In this document: positions 37,628 through 48,221 of the stretch, in pieces | Numbering within the stretch: the stretch's first letter is position 1 | Layout: each line of letters starts with the position of its first letter | Origin: Maridesulfovibrio sp. | Lineage (GTDB): Bacteria; Desulfobacterota; Desulfovibrionia; Desulfovibrionales; Desulfovibrionaceae | Direction: 5' to 3' (one strand) | DNA: 64,000 nt | Assembly: GCF_965140835.1 (NCBI RefSeq) | Contig: NZ_OZ223526.1 | Made by a program: the position numbers and the translations under genes | Notes under the pieces: generated by a model | What the model was told of the DNA's origin: nothing | The model's input: the letters and a program-made list of their open reading frames with translations, nothing else | The model's database searches: none

Positions 37628-40501
37628 ATGGCTTCAAAAATCAAAGTAAAGGAATTGGCCACCGAACTCGGTGTCAGTGCCAAAGATATCCTTCAAAAAC
37701 TCCGCGAACACGGCGTACAGGCGAAAAGCACTGTAGCCACTATTGATTCTGATCAGGCAGATGCGATCCGAAAGGATCTTGTCGGCAAATCCGGAAAGGT
37801 AGAACAGCGTGAAGTACAGCCCGGCGTAATTGTTCGCCGTCGCAAAGGCGGACGCAAGAAAGCTACAGAAGATGAGCCTGAAGAAAATTCAGCGACTCCT
37901 GCAAAAGAAGAAAAGAAAGAAGCTCCTGTTGCAGAAAAGCAGGAAACTCCAAAAGAAACGACATCTGAAAAGAAAAAACCCGCCAAAAAAGCTCCTGTGA
38001 GAAACGAGAAGCCCAAGGTAAAAATAATCAAGCCTGAAGATCTTCATAAGAAAGAAGAAGCCCCCGCAAGTGAAAAAACAGCAGCACCTAAAGTGGAAAC
38101 TCCCCCTGCCGCAAAGGTTGCTGAAGAAAAAGAAGCCGTAAAGAAAGCTCCTGTTGCTAAAAAAGAAGAGCCCAAAAAAGAAGCGGCTCCTGAAAAGCCA
38201 CAGGCCGAGGCAGAAACCAAACCCGCGGCTGAAAGCGAAAAAGCTAAAGAAGCTGAGCCTAAGAAGAAAAAGCGCAAGAAAAAGAAAGAAGTTGAAGCGC
38301 CTAAAGTAAAAATTATTTCCAGACCTGATCCCAACCTTCAGGCTGCTCAGCGTGCAGCAGAAGGTCCGGGTGGTGCAAGACGCCGTCCTTCCGAAGGCGA
38401 TGATGACCGTCGCGGAGCTCGTCCTGCTGGACGTCCTGGCGGAGGCCGTCCCAGCGCCGGTAGACCCAGCGGTCCTGGTGGCCCCGGTGGTCCTGGTGGT
38501 CGTCCCAGTGGCGGTGGCGGCGGTGGCGGAAGACCCGTTCCCGGTGCTCCTTCTCCCGGAAATGATCAGAGCAAGAAGAAAAAATTCAAAAAAGATAAAC
38601 GTGTAGTCGAGTTCGGTAAAGAATACCGTAAAGACGACGGCGAAAGAGACCTTGAAAGCAAATTCCGCGGCAAAAAGAAAGGCCGCAAAACCAAAGGCCG
38701 TCCTGACCAGGCTCCTGTACAGCAGAAGCCGCTTAAGGCTGCCAAGCGTAAAATCAAGTTCAATGAAGCCATCCGTCTTTCCGACATGGCTCACCAGATG
38801 GGACTGAAAGCTCAGGAACTGATCAAGGCTCTCTTCGGACTTGGTGTAATGGCGACCATTAACCAGTCTCTCGACCTTGATACAGCAACTCTGCTTGCTT
38901 CCGAGTTTGAATACGAAATCGAAAACGTTTCTTACTCCGAAGAAGAACTGCTGCTGCCCACAAGTGATGCTGACAAGGAAGAAAATCTCAAAGCACGTCC
39001 GCCCATTGTTACCATTATGGGACACGTTGACCACGGTAAGACATCTCTGCTGGACGCCATCCGCCATAGTGCTGTTACTGATGGCGAGGCTGGCGGTATT
39101 ACCCAGCACATTGGTGCATACCACGTTTCCACCGACCGCGGTGAGATCGTATTTCTCGATACTCCCGGTCACGAAGCGTTTACTACCATGCGTATGCGTG
39201 GAGCACAGGTTACCGATATCGTTATCCTTGTTGTAGCAGCTGACGATGGCGTTATGGATCAGACCCGTGAAGCTATCAGTCACTCTAAAGCAGCGGGCGT
39301 ACCCATCGTTGTTGCAGTCAACAAGATGGATAAAGAAGGCGCCAACCCTGAACGCGTACAGCGTGAACTGGCGGAATTCGACCTCGTTCCTGAAGACTGG
39401 GGCGGCGATACCATGTTCGTTCCCGTTTCAGCGAAAATGGGTACCGGGCTTGATAGCCTGCTCGAAATGGTACAGCTGCAGGCGGAAGTTCTGGAACTCA
39501 GAGCCAACCCCGATAAAGCTGCTCGTGGTAATATTGTTGAAGCCAAACTCGACAAAGGACGCGGTCCTGTCGGTACTGTCCTCATCCAGGAAGGTACCAT
39601 CAACCAGGGCGATCCTTTTGTCTGCGGTTTATATCATGGCCGTGTACGTGCCATGTTTGATGACCGTGGCCGCAAGATCGAAACAGCTGGTCCGGCCTTC
39701 CCGGTCGAGATTCAGGGTTTTGACGGTATCCCGGAAGCCGGTGATGAGTTTATCTGCGTAGCTGACGATAAAATCGCCCGCCGCATTGCGCAGGAACGCA
39801 AGCTCAAACACCGTGAACGTGAGCTGGCAGGTAAGTCCAAGGTTACCCTTGAGTCCTTCCTCGCCTCCAAGCCCGATCAGGATGCCCAGACCCTTAACGT
39901 TGTCCTTAAGGCAGACGTACAGGGTTCACTTGAAGCGATCAACGAAGCTCTCGCAAAACTGGCTACCGACGAAATCAAGGTCGAAGTCATCCACGGCGGT
40001 GCAGGCGCTATTACTGAATCCGACATCCTGCTGGCTTCCGCTTCGCAGGCAATTATTATCGGCTTCAACGTAAGGCCCACTGTTAAGATTAAGGAAATCG
40101 CCGAACGCGAAGAAGTGGAAATCCGCTTTTACGACATCATCTACAAGCTGGTCGGCGAGATCAAAGACGCTATGGGCGGCATGCTCTCTCCTGACATCAA
40201 GGAAGAGTACCTCGGTCAGGCAGAAGTCAAGCAGACTTTCTCCGTACCAAAAGTTGGCGTCATTGCAGGCTGTTACGTTGTCGATGGCAAGCTGACAAGG
40301 CATGCTAAAGTTCGTCTGCTGCGCGACGGAGTAGTTATCTACACCGGCTCCCTGACTTCTCTGAAACGTTTCAAGGATGACGCCAAAGAAGTAGCTAAGG
40401 GCTACGAATGCGGTGTTGGACTGGAAAGGTTCAACGACATCAAAGAAGGTGACTTTATCGAAGCCTTCCAGGTCGTGGAAGTTGCAAGAACCTTAGAATA
40501 A
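37628..40501 (+). CDS. infB: Translation initiation factor IF-2
   Basis: G domain: [28 protein letters not shown]. Long K/E/P/A- and G/P/R-rich N-terminal region. Confidence 0.95.
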   Translation: MASKIKVKELATELGVSAKDILQKLREHGVQAKSTVATIDSDQADAIRKDLVGKSGKVEQREVQPGVIVRRRKGGRKKATEDEPEENSATPAKEEKKEAPVAEKQETPKETTSEKKKPAKKAPVRNEKPKVKIIKPEDLHKKEEAPASEKTAAPKVETPPAAKVAEEKEAVKKAPVAKKEEPKKEAAPEKPQAEAETKPAAESEKAKEAEPKKKKRKKKKEVEAPKVKIISRPDPNLQAAQRAAEGPGGARRRPSEGDDDRRGARPAGRPGGGRPSAGRPSGPGGPGGPGGRPSGGGGGGGRPVPGAPSPGNDQSKKKKFKKDKRVVEFGKEYRKDDGERDLESKFRGKKKGRKTKGRPDQAPVQQKPLKAAKRKIKFNEAIRLSDMAHQMGLKAQELIKALFGLGVMATINQSLDLDTATLLASEFEYEIENVSYSEEELLLPTSDADKEENLKARPPIVTIMGHVDHGKTSLLDAIRHSAVTDGEAGGITQHIGAYHVSTDRGEIVFLDTPGHEAFTTMRMRGAQVTDIVILVVAADDGVMDQTREAISHSKAAGVPIVVAVNKMDKEGANPERVQRELAEFDLVPEDWGGDTMFVPVSAKMGTGLDSLLEMVQLQAEVLELRANPDKAARGNIVEAKLDKGRGPVGTVLIQEGTINQGDPFVCGLYHGRVRAMFDDRGRKIETAGPAFPVEIQGFDGIPEAGDEFICVADDKIARRIAQERKLKHRERELAGKSKVTLESFLASKPDQDAQTLNVVLKADVQGSLEAINEALAKLATDEIKVEVIHGGAGAITESDILLASASQAIIIGFNVRPTVKIKEIAEREEVEIRFYDIIYKLVGEIKDAMGGMLSPDIKEEYLGQAEVKQTFSVPKVGVIAGCYVVDGKLTRHAKVRLLRDGVVIYTGSLTSLKRFKDDAKEVAKGYECGVGLERFNDIKEGDFIEAFQVVEVARTLE

Positions 40502-40510
40502 TATAGCTAT

Positions 40511-40540
40511 CAGGGGCGGATTCTAATCCGCCCCTGTTTA
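40511..40540 (+). promoter_or_regulatory. Hairpin after infB (partial terminator)
   Basis: CAGGGGCGGAT-TCTA-ATCCGCCCCTG followed by TTTAAAAATTTT. Confidence 0.5.
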
Positions 40541-40552
40541 AAAATTTTCAAT

Positions 40553-40840
40553 ATGATCATCGGCGTACTCTCACTGGAATTCAGGCTGCACGGAAACAGA
40601 TCTCTCAAAGGGAAGCGGAAAATCTCCCTCAGTTTAAAACAGAAATTGCGAAACAAATTCAATGTCAGTGTTTCCGAGGTAGAAGCTCAAGATATGCATG
40701 AAAAATTAATGCTGGCCGTAGTGACTGTAGCCAATGAAACCCGCAAGGTTGAGTCGACCTTATCCAAAGCTCTGGCAATGATCGAAGCCATGGCTCCGGC
40801 TGAACTAATCAATTGCGAAACAGAAATTTTCAGTTCCTGA
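40553..40840 (+). CDS. DUF503-family protein
   Basis: MIIGVLSLEFRLHGNRSLKGKRKI...VSVSEVEAQD. Located in the usual infB-DUF503-rbfA context. Confidence 0.7.
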   Translation: MIIGVLSLEFRLHGNRSLKGKRKISLSLKQKLRNKFNVSVSEVEAQDMHEKLMLAVVTVANETRKVESTLSKALAMIEAMAPAELINCETEIFSS

Positions 40841-40877
40841 TCTTTTTGATCAGGAATATTTTTTTGAGGATACACAA

Positions 40878-41231
40878 ATGAAGACATCAACATCACGCCG
40901 TTCCGTTAAAATGGGCGACCAGATCATGCGCGAAATTGCGACAATGCTCATTGAAGAGATAGGCGATCCGCGTTTGGAAATGGTATCCATAAGCGGTGTG
41001 CGTATGAACAAAGATAATAAAATCGCTGAGGTGATGTTCACCATGGCCGGGGACAAGGAAAAGATCGCAGCAGCTGTCAAAGCTCTTGACAAAGCCAAGG
41101 GTCACATACGCAGCAAGCTGAGCAAGCGTATCCGCGTCCGTCAGATTCCTGAACTGAGGTTCGTGCACGACAACTTCCTTGAGGAGATGGTTTATGGAAG
41201 CTCAACTGAAAGAGATATGTCGGATTCTTAG
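40878..41231 (+). CDS. rbfA: Ribosome-binding factor A
   Basis: RRSVKMGDQIMREIATMLIEEIGDPRL...IPELRFVHD. Confidence 0.85.
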   Translation: MKTSTSRRSVKMGDQIMREIATMLIEEIGDPRLEMVSISGVRMNKDNKIAEVMFTMAGDKEKIAAAVKALDKAKGHIRSKLSKRIRVRQIPELRFVHDNFLEEMVYGSSTERDMSDS

Positions 41232-42159
41232 AGAAGAAGACGACTTTCTCGTTGCAGCGCATTTTAACCCGGACGGTGACGCCTTAGGCTCTACAGCAGC
41301 CATGGGCTACATTCTCGAAAAGCTCGGAAAACGCTACCGCCTCTATAACCAGAGTGGTAAGCCGGAAGCCATGGCTTGGTTCGAGACCCCGTCTCCTATT
41401 CTGACCGAAATCCCCAAAGGATTTGACGGATGGTACATCATCCTTGACTGCGGCGATGCGCCACGCATGGGTGAAACACTCATGAACGCAGTGGACCCTG
41501 AAAAATCCATCAATATTGACCATCACATGGGAAATTCCGGTTTTGCAGCAGTAAACTGGGTGGATACAAACCGTCCTGCTGTCGGTGAAATGATAACTCT
41601 CATCGCCCGTGAATTCAAAATTTCACTTTGCGGCAAACTGGGTGAAGCCATTTATCTGTCCATTGCTACCGACACAGGTTTTTTCTCCTACAACAATACT
41701 AAACCCGAGACCCTTGAAATCATCGCAGATATCCTGCGCTACGGTCTTGATCTCGGAGAGTTTGTTCCTAAAATCCGCAACCAGTGGACCATGAAACGCA
41801 TCAACCTCTGGTCCAATGCGTTAGGCAAAATTGAATTGCACCATGACGGCCAGACCGCGCTGCTGTTCATCCCGCAGGAAATGCTCGATGAAGCAGATGC
41901 TACCGGAACTGATTGTGAAGGTCTTGTCAGCTTCATACTGCGAATTAAAGGCGTTCGTGTTGCGGTGCTTATTCGTGAGGACAGCCCCATGCGTTACAAA
42001 TTCAGCCTTCGTTCACAGTCTAAAGACAACGTGCAGGCAGTGGCTTCTCTCTTCGGAGGCGGAGGACACAAGAATGCCAGTGGCGGGCTGATTGAAAACA
42101 CCCCTGACACCGTGCGTGAGCGACTCATCGCCGCTATCGGTGATAAAGTAATGAAGTAA
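41194..42159 (+). CDS. nrnA: DHH/DHHA1 phosphoesterase (NrnA-like oligoribonuclease/pAp phosphatase)
   Basis: HFNPDGDALGS, IDHH, DTGFFSYNNT, GGGGHKNASGG. It overlaps the rbfA 3' end by 38 nt. Confidence 0.8.
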   Translation: MEAQLKEICRILREEDDFLVAAHFNPDGDALGSTAAMGYILEKLGKRYRLYNQSGKPEAMAWFETPSPILTEIPKGFDGWYIILDCGDAPRMGETLMNAVDPEKSINIDHHMGNSGFAAVNWVDTNRPAVGEMITLIAREFKISLCGKLGEAIYLSIATDTGFFSYNNTKPETLEIIADILRYGLDLGEFVPKIRNQWTMKRINLWSNALGKIELHHDGQTALLFIPQEMLDEADATGTDCEGLVSFILRIKGVRVAVLIREDSPMRYKFSLRSQSKDNVQAVASLFGGGGHKNASGGLIENTPDTVRERLIAAIGDKVMK

Positions 42160-42165
42160 GTATAT

Positions 42166-43098
42166 ATGGGTAGAAAACCTAAGAAAAGTCCTTTTCAGAA
42201 ACACGGTGTGCTGGTTTTAAATAAACCGAGCGGCCCAACATCTACAGATTGTCTCAATTCGATCAAGCGCGAACTGAAACAGTACAAAATCGGCCATGCC
42301 GGAACTCTTGATCCATTGGCGGAAGGCGTGTTACTGGTGATGCTCGGTAACGCCACTAAGTTAGGGCCTTATCTGCTGGGACATGATAAAGTATACACAG
42401 GAAGCTTAAGTATCGGAAGAACCACGGACACTTACGATATTCAGGGCACAGAAACTTCCACCGCTGATATTACCGGTATTACGGAAAAAATGGTGGAAAA
42501 TGAAATTTTACACTGGAATGACTTGACTAGTCAGGAAGTTCCTGCCTATTCGGCTGCAAAGCATAATGGCAAACCGCTCTATGAACTGGCCAGAAAGGGT
42601 GAAGAAACCCCGGTCAAAATCAAGAGCATTGAAATATTTGATGCAGAACCGCTGGAAGTGACTCTGCCACTGGCCCGTTTCCGGGTTGGGTGCTCTGCCG
42701 GCACCTATATTCGCTCCCTGGTCCATAGCTTGGGGTCGCGGCTCGGATGTGGCGCGGTAATGGAATCACTTAGGCGTGAAGAAAGTCGGCCTTACAGGCT
42801 GAGTGAAGCGCACAACCTGGATGAGGTTCTTGCCGATCGTGATGGATTCGAGGCACGGATCATCCCTCTTGCGGATGCCCTACCCCATTGGCACAAGTTT
42901 ACCGTTTCGGAAAACATGTCCAAAGCCATCATGAACGGAACCAGAATACCTGTCGAGGATATTGCTGCTGAACAGAAGATTATCGAAGGGGAAAGAGCTA
43001 TGTTTCTTGACCCTGAAGGTACTGCTCTGGCCCTTATGGAGACCAAGCAGGTTGACGGTAAGCTTCTCTGGATAATTCTTCGCGGCCTCTGGGGCTGA
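42166..43098 (+). CDS. truB: tRNA pseudouridine-55 synthase TruB
   Basis: [13 protein letters not shown]...[21 protein letters not shown]...GTYIRSL. Confidence 0.9.
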   Translation: MGRKPKKSPFQKHGVLVLNKPSGPTSTDCLNSIKRELKQYKIGHAGTLDPLAEGVLLVMLGNATKLGPYLLGHDKVYTGSLSIGRTTDTYDIQGTETSTADITGITEKMVENEILHWNDLTSQEVPAYSAAKHNGKPLYELARKGEETPVKIKSIEIFDAEPLEVTLPLARFRVGCSAGTYIRSLVHSLGSRLGCGAVMESLRREESRPYRLSEAHNLDEVLADRDGFEARIIPLADALPHWHKFTVSENMSKAIMNGTRIPVEDIAAEQKIIEGERAMFLDPEGTALALMETKQVDGKLLWIILRGLWG

Positions 43099-43169
43099 TT
43101 CCCCGCGGGATAATCAACTTCCGGCACAAACTAAATATTCACGTACAACGTGAATTGGAGGATAACGCT

Positions 43170-43439
43170 ATGGTTATGACTGCTGAAGACAAGGCAAAAG
43201 TTATTGAAGAATACCAGACCAAACCTGGTGACACCGGCTCCCCTGAAGTTCAGGTTGCGCTTCTTACCGCAAGAATCCAGTACCTGACAGACCACTTCAA
43301 GAGCCACAAAAAGGATTTTCACTCCCGCACCGGCCTGCTGAAAATGGTTGGTCAGCGCAGAAACATCCTGAAGTACCTGAAGTCCAAAGACATTCAGCGT
43401 TACCGTGATCTTATTGCAAGACTTGGTCTGCGCAAATAA
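43170..43439 (+). CDS. rpsO: 30S ribosomal protein S15
   Basis: [45 protein letters not shown]. The ATG at 43170 follows GGAGGA. Confidence 0.95.
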   Translation: MVMTAEDKAKVIEEYQTKPGDTGSPEVQVALLTARIQYLTDHFKSHKKDFHSRTGLLKMVGQRRNILKYLKSKDIQRYRDLIARLGLRK

Positions 43440-43448
43440 GCAGTTTCA

Positions 43449-43473
43449 GGGGAGGGCTTGCCCTCCCCTTTTT
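43449..43473 (+). terminator. Intrinsic terminator after rpsO
   Basis: GGGGAGGG-CTTG-CCCTCCCC followed by T5. Confidence 0.7.
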
Positions 43474-43549
43474 GTTACTAAAACACATACATTTGTATTT
43501 TCATCTGACTTTACATCAGATAGATGATAGTTAGAACTGATTGAACATT

Positions 43550-43657
43550 GGAATCCGTGCTATCCTACTGCAATTTTTAGTTGGCTGAGGAAGGAGTTCA
43601 TCCCGTCGATGAAACCCTCCCTTAGCCGGCTGAAAAATTCGGACAGCACTGGGTTCC
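43550..43657 (+). promoter_or_regulatory. Long imperfect stem-loop in the pnp 5' leader
   Basis: GGAATCCGTGCT...AATTTTTAGTTGGCTGAGGAAGG pairs with CCCTCCCTTAGCCGGCTGAAAAATT...AGCACTGGGTTCC. The pairing includes G-U pairs and bulges. Confidence 0.45.
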
Positions 43658-43688
43658 GTCATTACAACTTATTTAGAGAGGAATCTAA

Positions 43689-45974
43689 ATGCTAGTACCT
43701 TTTGAACCCACTTCCGTTACCGGTCATGTCGGCAATCTCGACATTACACTGGAAACAGGACGCATGGCCAACCAGACCAACGGAACCGTCCTGATCAAAT
43801 CCGGCGGAACTGTAGTTCTCGTTACCGCTGTTGGCATGCCTGCTGACGGTCCGCGTGATTTTTTTCCGCTTACCTGCAACTACCTTGAAAGAACATACGC
43901 CGCAGGCCGCATCCCCGGTGGTTACTTCCGCCGTGAAGTAGGCCGTCCTTCCGACCGTGAAACACTGGTTTCCCGTCTTATGGACCGCCCTATCCGCCCC
44001 ATGTTTCCTAAAGCATACTGCGACGAAGTTCAGGTTATCGCAACCGTTCTTTCCGCTGACGCCCATACCAACCCAGACGTACTGGCAATGACCGGTGCTT
44101 CCGCAGCTCTGCATATCTCCGATCTGCCTTTCAACGGTCCTGTTGCCGCAGCACGCGTTGGTTACGTAAATAATGAATTTGTACTCTACCCCACCTACAA
44201 AGGTGTGGCTGAGCAAAGCGAACTCAACCTCGTTTTCGCCGCAACCCGCGACGCTGTAATTATGGTTGAAGGAAGCTCACAGTTCCTGCCAGAGAACACC
44301 ATCGCTGAAGCACTGGAATGGGGTCACGAGCAGATGGCTCCCATGTTCGACCTGCAGGATGCTCTTCGTGAAAAAGTTGGCCGTCCCAAAATGGAAGTGG
44401 CCGAGCCCGTAAAAGACGAAGAAGTTATCACCCTCATTACTGAAAACTTCACCGAAGAACTCGACAAGGCACTGACCATTCCGGCTAAGCTGGAGCGCAA
44501 AGACGCTAAGTCCGAGGTTAAAGCAAAAGCAAAAGCTCTGGTTGAAGAGAAATTTCCGGAAGATCCGGAAAGAGCTAAGGCCGTCGGCGACGTAATGGGT
44601 GATCTTGAAAAGAAAATCGTACGTAAACGCATTGTTGAAAAAGGTGTTCGCATCGACGGACGTGACCTGACAACTGTACGTAACCTTTCCATGGAAGTAG
44701 GCAGCCTGCCCATGACCCATGGTTCTGCACTCTTCCGCCGCGGAGAAACTTCCGCACTGGCTGTCTGCACCCTTGGTTCTACACGTGATGAGCAGCGTTT
44801 TGAAACCCTGACCGGCGAAGACAGCAAACGCTTCATGCTGCATTACAACTTCCCTCCGTACTGCGTTGGTGAAGCACGGTTCCTGCGTGCCCCGTCCCGC
44901 CGCGAAATCGGTCACGGAACACTTGCTGAGCGCGCTCTGCGTCCTGTTCTTCCGGCAGCTGATAAATTCCCCTTCACCATGCGTGTAGTTTCCGAGGTAA
45001 TGGACTCCAACGGTTCTTCCTCCATGGCTTCCGTATGCGGCACCACTCTGTCTCTCATGGACGCAGGTGTCCCCATCAGCGCACCTGTAGCAGGTATCGC
45101 AATGGGCCTGTGCAAAGAAGGCGAGCAATACTTCGTTCTGACCGACATCCTCGGCGACGAAGATGCTCTCGGCGATATGGACTTCAAAGTTGCCGGTACT
45201 GAAGAAGGCGTTACTGCCATTCAGATGGACATCAAAATCTCCGGTATCCCAGCGGAAGTTCTGCGTAACGCATTGGCTCAGGCGAAAGAAGCCCGCCAGA
45301 TCATCCTCGATGATATGAAGAAGGTTATCTCCGAGCCCAGAGCGGAACTTTCCGTGAATGCGCCCCAGATGGAAGTACTGCAGATCAACCCCGAAAAGAT
45401 CCGTGATCTCATCGGCCCCGGCGGTAAAAACATCAAGGCAATCACTGCTGAGACCGCAGCCGACATCGATATTGAAGATTCCGGTAAGGTTTCCATTTTT
45501 GCACCCACCCTTGAATCCCTCAAAAAGACTGTGGAAATGGTTCAGTACTATGACCAGACCGCAGAACTGGGTAAAAACTATGTGGGTACCGTTAAAAAGA
45601 TCCTTGAAATCGGAGCGATTGTTGAAATTCTGCCCGGTCTTGAAGGTTTGCTGCACATCTCGCAGATCGACGTCGAACGCATCGCTGAAGTTACCGATGT
45701 CGTACAGCTCGGTCAGGAAATTACCGTCAAGGTTGTCGAAGTGCAGCCCAATGGCCGTATCCGTCTCTCCCGTAAGGCATGGCTCATGGAGCAGGCCGGA
45801 CAGGAAGTTGATCTTGAAAAATTCAAGATGGGCGGCGGTCGCCCCAGTGGCGGACGTGGCGGACGTGATGGACGCGACGGTGGTCGCCGTGATGACAGAC
45901 GTGATGACAGGCGCGGTGGCGGACGTGATGGTGGACGTGATGGCGGACGCCGTGACGACAGACGCCGCAGGTAG
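43689..45974 (+). CDS. pnp: Polyribonucleotide nucleotidyltransferase (PNPase) with an Arg/Gly/Asp-rich C-terminal tail
   Basis: Two RNase PH domains, a KH domain (IGPGGKNIKAI) and an S1 domain (GTVKKILEIGAIVEILPGLEGLLHISQI). The tail reads GGRPSGGRGGRDGRDGGRRDDRRDDRRGGGRDGGRDGGRRDDRRRR. Confidence 0.95.
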   Translation: MLVPFEPTSVTGHVGNLDITLETGRMANQTNGTVLIKSGGTVVLVTAVGMPADGPRDFFPLTCNYLERTYAAGRIPGGYFRREVGRPSDRETLVSRLMDRPIRPMFPKAYCDEVQVIATVLSADAHTNPDVLAMTGASAALHISDLPFNGPVAAARVGYVNNEFVLYPTYKGVAEQSELNLVFAATRDAVIMVEGSSQFLPENTIAEALEWGHEQMAPMFDLQDALREKVGRPKMEVAEPVKDEEVITLITENFTEELDKALTIPAKLERKDAKSEVKAKAKALVEEKFPEDPERAKAVGDVMGDLEKKIVRKRIVEKGVRIDGRDLTTVRNLSMEVGSLPMTHGSALFRRGETSALAVCTLGSTRDEQRFETLTGEDSKRFMLHYNFPPYCVGEARFLRAPSRREIGHGTLAERALRPVLPAADKFPFTMRVVSEVMDSNGSSSMASVCGTTLSLMDAGVPISAPVAGIAMGLCKEGEQYFVLTDILGDEDALGDMDFKVAGTEEGVTAIQMDIKISGIPAEVLRNALAQAKEARQIILDDMKKVISEPRAELSVNAPQMEVLQINPEKIRDLIGPGGKNIKAITAETAADIDIEDSGKVSIFAPTLESLKKTVEMVQYYDQTAELGKNYVGTVKKILEIGAIVEILPGLEGLLHISQIDVERIAEVTDVVQLGQEITVKVVEVQPNGRIRLSRKAWLMEQAGQEVDLEKFKMGGGRPSGGRGGRDGRDGGRRDDRRDDRRGGGRDGGRDGGRRDDRRRR

Positions 45975-45998
45975 TCACTGTTTAGATAAAATTATTCA

Positions 45999-46032
45999 AA
46001 GCCGCCGGATGGTTCATCCGGCGGCTTTTTTT
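45999..46032. terminator. Bidirectional intrinsic terminator between the convergent pnp and ligase genes
   Basis: AAGCCGCCGGAT-GGTTC-ATCCGGCGGCTT followed by T6. Confidence 0.75.
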
Positions 46033-46033
46033 G

Positions 46034-47323
46034 TCACCCTCTTTCATCAAAAACGCGCTTGGTCTTGGCGAAACTTCTGGGCAGCAGCCCGGGCTTGAGA
46101 ATTTCCACATTGGCCCGAACAAGGATAAATTTCCTTATCCCTTCACAAATGGCCTTGGCGAGGTTCGCATCGTTTGCCTCGGGAACACCTGGATTGCGTT
46201 CGACACGGACAGACATGTGGTCGAGACCTTCCCTGCGCTCAAGATAAATCTGATACTCGGAACTTGCTTCGGGAAAAGCTTCCAGTACAGAAGCAATCTG
46301 GCCGGGGTAAATGTTGACCCCTCGAAAAATGAACATATCGTCACTTCTGCCGGAAATATAATCATGGCGGGGCATGGAGCAACCGCAAGAACATTCTCCG
46401 GGAATAATTCGGGTCAGGTCGCGGGTGCGGTAACGAACCAGCGGAGAAGCTTCCTTATTCAAGGAGGTAACAACCAACTCACCAACTTCCCCTTCAGGAA
46501 CAGGCTTCATGGTCACCGGATCGATAATCTCGGCAATGTACTCATCTCCCCAGTAGTGAATACCTTCATGGGCGTTACATTCGATCCCGGCTCCGGGACC
46601 ATAGAGTTCAGTCATTCCTGTGATATCGTAACTGCCTTCCAAACCGAGGCTTTCTTCGAACTGCTTGCGCATTTTTGCAGAAACAGCCTCGCCACCGAAA
46701 ATACAGCGTTTAAGCTTAAGCCTTTCAGTGATACCGGCTTTTTGCGCTTCTTCACCAAGCAACAGTGCCATGGAACCGGTAGCGCACAGGCATGTAGTTC
46801 CAAGGTCTTCTAAAATCTGAAGCTGAATTTCCAACATCCCCGGTCCCACTGGCAGAGTCATGGCGCCAAAGTGCTCCGCTCCAAGCTGGAATCCTGCGCC
46901 AGCGGTCCAGAGCCCGTAACCAACACAAACCTGCACCCTATCACGGGTGGTCAATCCGGTTAATTCGTAACAACGGGCGAACATGTTTTTCCATGTCTCA
47001 ATATCGTTACGGGTGTAGGAGAGAATCTTACGCTTACCGGTTGTTCCGCTGGAACCGTGGATACGAACCACATCCTCTTCCGGAACTGAAAGCAGAGGAA
47101 GGGGGTAGCCTTCCTTCAAATGGTCGGCTGTGGTGAAGGGCAGCTTCTGTAGATCCGCAAGGGACTTTATGTCACCCGGCTCAACGCCCTGATTCTTGTA
47201 CTGTTCCTGATAGAAAGGACTGTTCGCCGCGGTATGGGCAACAGTTTTCTTTAATCCTTCAAGCTGCTTATCCGCCACTTCTTCCGCAGTAATTTCCGGT
47301 ATAAATCTATATTTGCCGCCCAT
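46034..47323 (-). CDS. Phenylacetate-CoA ligase family (PaaK-like) adenylate-forming enzyme
   Basis: IHGSSGTTGKRKI, GYGLWTAGAGF, and a C-terminal ACT-like region. The ATG at 47323 follows GGAGA. Confidence 0.8.
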   Translation of the reverse strand: MGGKYRFIPEITAEEVADKQLEGLKKTVAHTAANSPFYQEQYKNQGVEPGDIKSLADLQKLPFTTADHLKEGYPLPLLSVPEEDVVRIHGSSGTTGKRKILSYTRNDIETWKNMFARCYELTGLTTRDRVQVCVGYGLWTAGAGFQLGAEHFGAMTLPVGPGMLEIQLQILEDLGTTCLCATGSMALLLGEEAQKAGITERLKLKRCIFGGEAVSAKMRKQFEESLGLEGSYDITGMTELYGPGAGIECNAHEGIHYWGDEYIAEIIDPVTMKPVPEGEVGELVVTSLNKEASPLVRYRTRDLTRIIPGECSCGCSMPRHDYISGRSDDMFIFRGVNIYPGQIASVLEAFPEASSEYQIYLERREGLDHMSVRVERNPGVPEANDANLAKAICEGIRKFILVRANVEILKPGLLPRSFAKTKRVFDERG

Positions 47324-47430
47324 TTTAAGTCTCCGTAGAAAGCTTGTTCTATTATCTGATGTATCGTATCCACATGTGGATCGTTTGTTTTGCAGGGACA
47401 CCCTAAAACTTCAAGTTATCCAAGGTCAAC

Positions 47431-48213
47431 ATGCATCTAATTTCCATAAATATTTTCCTTCTTGCTGCGGCGGCACTGTTTGGAGCTGTTATGGGCAGTT
47501 TCTATGGCTGCGCCGTCTTCCGCTACATCAACGGGCAGACCCTGACCAACCCACGGCGTTCAACCTGTCCTAAATGCGGGCATACCATCCGCTGGTACGA
47601 GAACATCCCCCTTGCCAGTTATCTTTTTTTGGGCGGGAAGTGCTCCGCCTGCAAACAAAAAATCAGTCCTATGTACACTGTTATAGAACTTGTCTCCGTT
47701 ACATGGGCGGTACTGCTCATGCTCACCTTCGGCCCTTCGGTACAGTGGCTGGTCTACATGTTCTTCGGCGGATTGATGATTGTGGCTTCATTCATAGACC
47801 TGCAAACTTTCATCCTGCCGGACATAATTACAATCCCCGGGTCAATTGCGGCCATCCCCTGCGCAGCCATGCTAACGCCTGTAGGATGGGAAGGAGCTTT
47901 GCTTGGTGCGGGGATAGGCGGCGGTTTATTCTGGTCGCTGAGATTGCTTTACCGGGGACTTAAAGGGGTGGAGGGCCTTGGGCTTGGAGATGTAAAAATC
48001 ATGTTCATGATCGGCGCCCTGACAGGAGCACAAAACCTTCCGCTGGTTATCACGGTTTCAGCTTTCACCGGACTGATCGCCGGGCTGATCATGATGGTGG
48101 TGGATAAGGATCAGGAATACGGCTCCATGATTCCCTTCGGTCCTTTTCTGGCATTGGGCGCAATGCTGACCATTCTTTACGCCGAGCCTTTCTGGAACTG
48201 GTACTTAATTTAA
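47431..48213 (+). CDS. Prepilin peptidase (A24 family)
   Basis: Zn-finger-like CPKCGHTIRWYENIPLASYLFLGGKCSACKQKI. Multiple TM helices. LGLGDVKIMFMIG. Confidence 0.85.
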   Translation: MHLISINIFLLAAAALFGAVMGSFYGCAVFRYINGQTLTNPRRSTCPKCGHTIRWYENIPLASYLFLGGKCSACKQKISPMYTVIELVSVTWAVLLMLTFGPSVQWLVYMFFGGLMIVASFIDLQTFILPDIITIPGSIAAIPCAAMLTPVGWEGALLGAGIGGGLFWSLRLLYRGLKGVEGLGLGDVKIMFMIGALTGAQNLPLVITVSAFTGLIAGLIMMVVDKDQEYGSMIPFGPFLALGAMLTILYAEPFWNWYLI

Positions 48214-48221
48214 ATAAAAAT

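Noticed and set aside
38040-38560. Repetitive K/E/A/P and G/P/R-coding DNA, considered as a tandem repeat or CRISPR-like array
   Set aside because: It lies in frame within the IF-2 N-terminal domain, which is typically low-complexity. The repeats are imperfect and codon-phased, with no spacer-repeat periodicity.
37889-39283. 464-aa ORF antisense to infB. A similar 459-aa ORF lies antisense to pnp at 44277-45656.
   Set aside because: Both lie entirely inside unambiguous housekeeping genes. Their translations are low-complexity (F/S/R/C-rich) with no RBS or recognisable motif. This is the typical shadow-ORF artefact of codon-biased genes.
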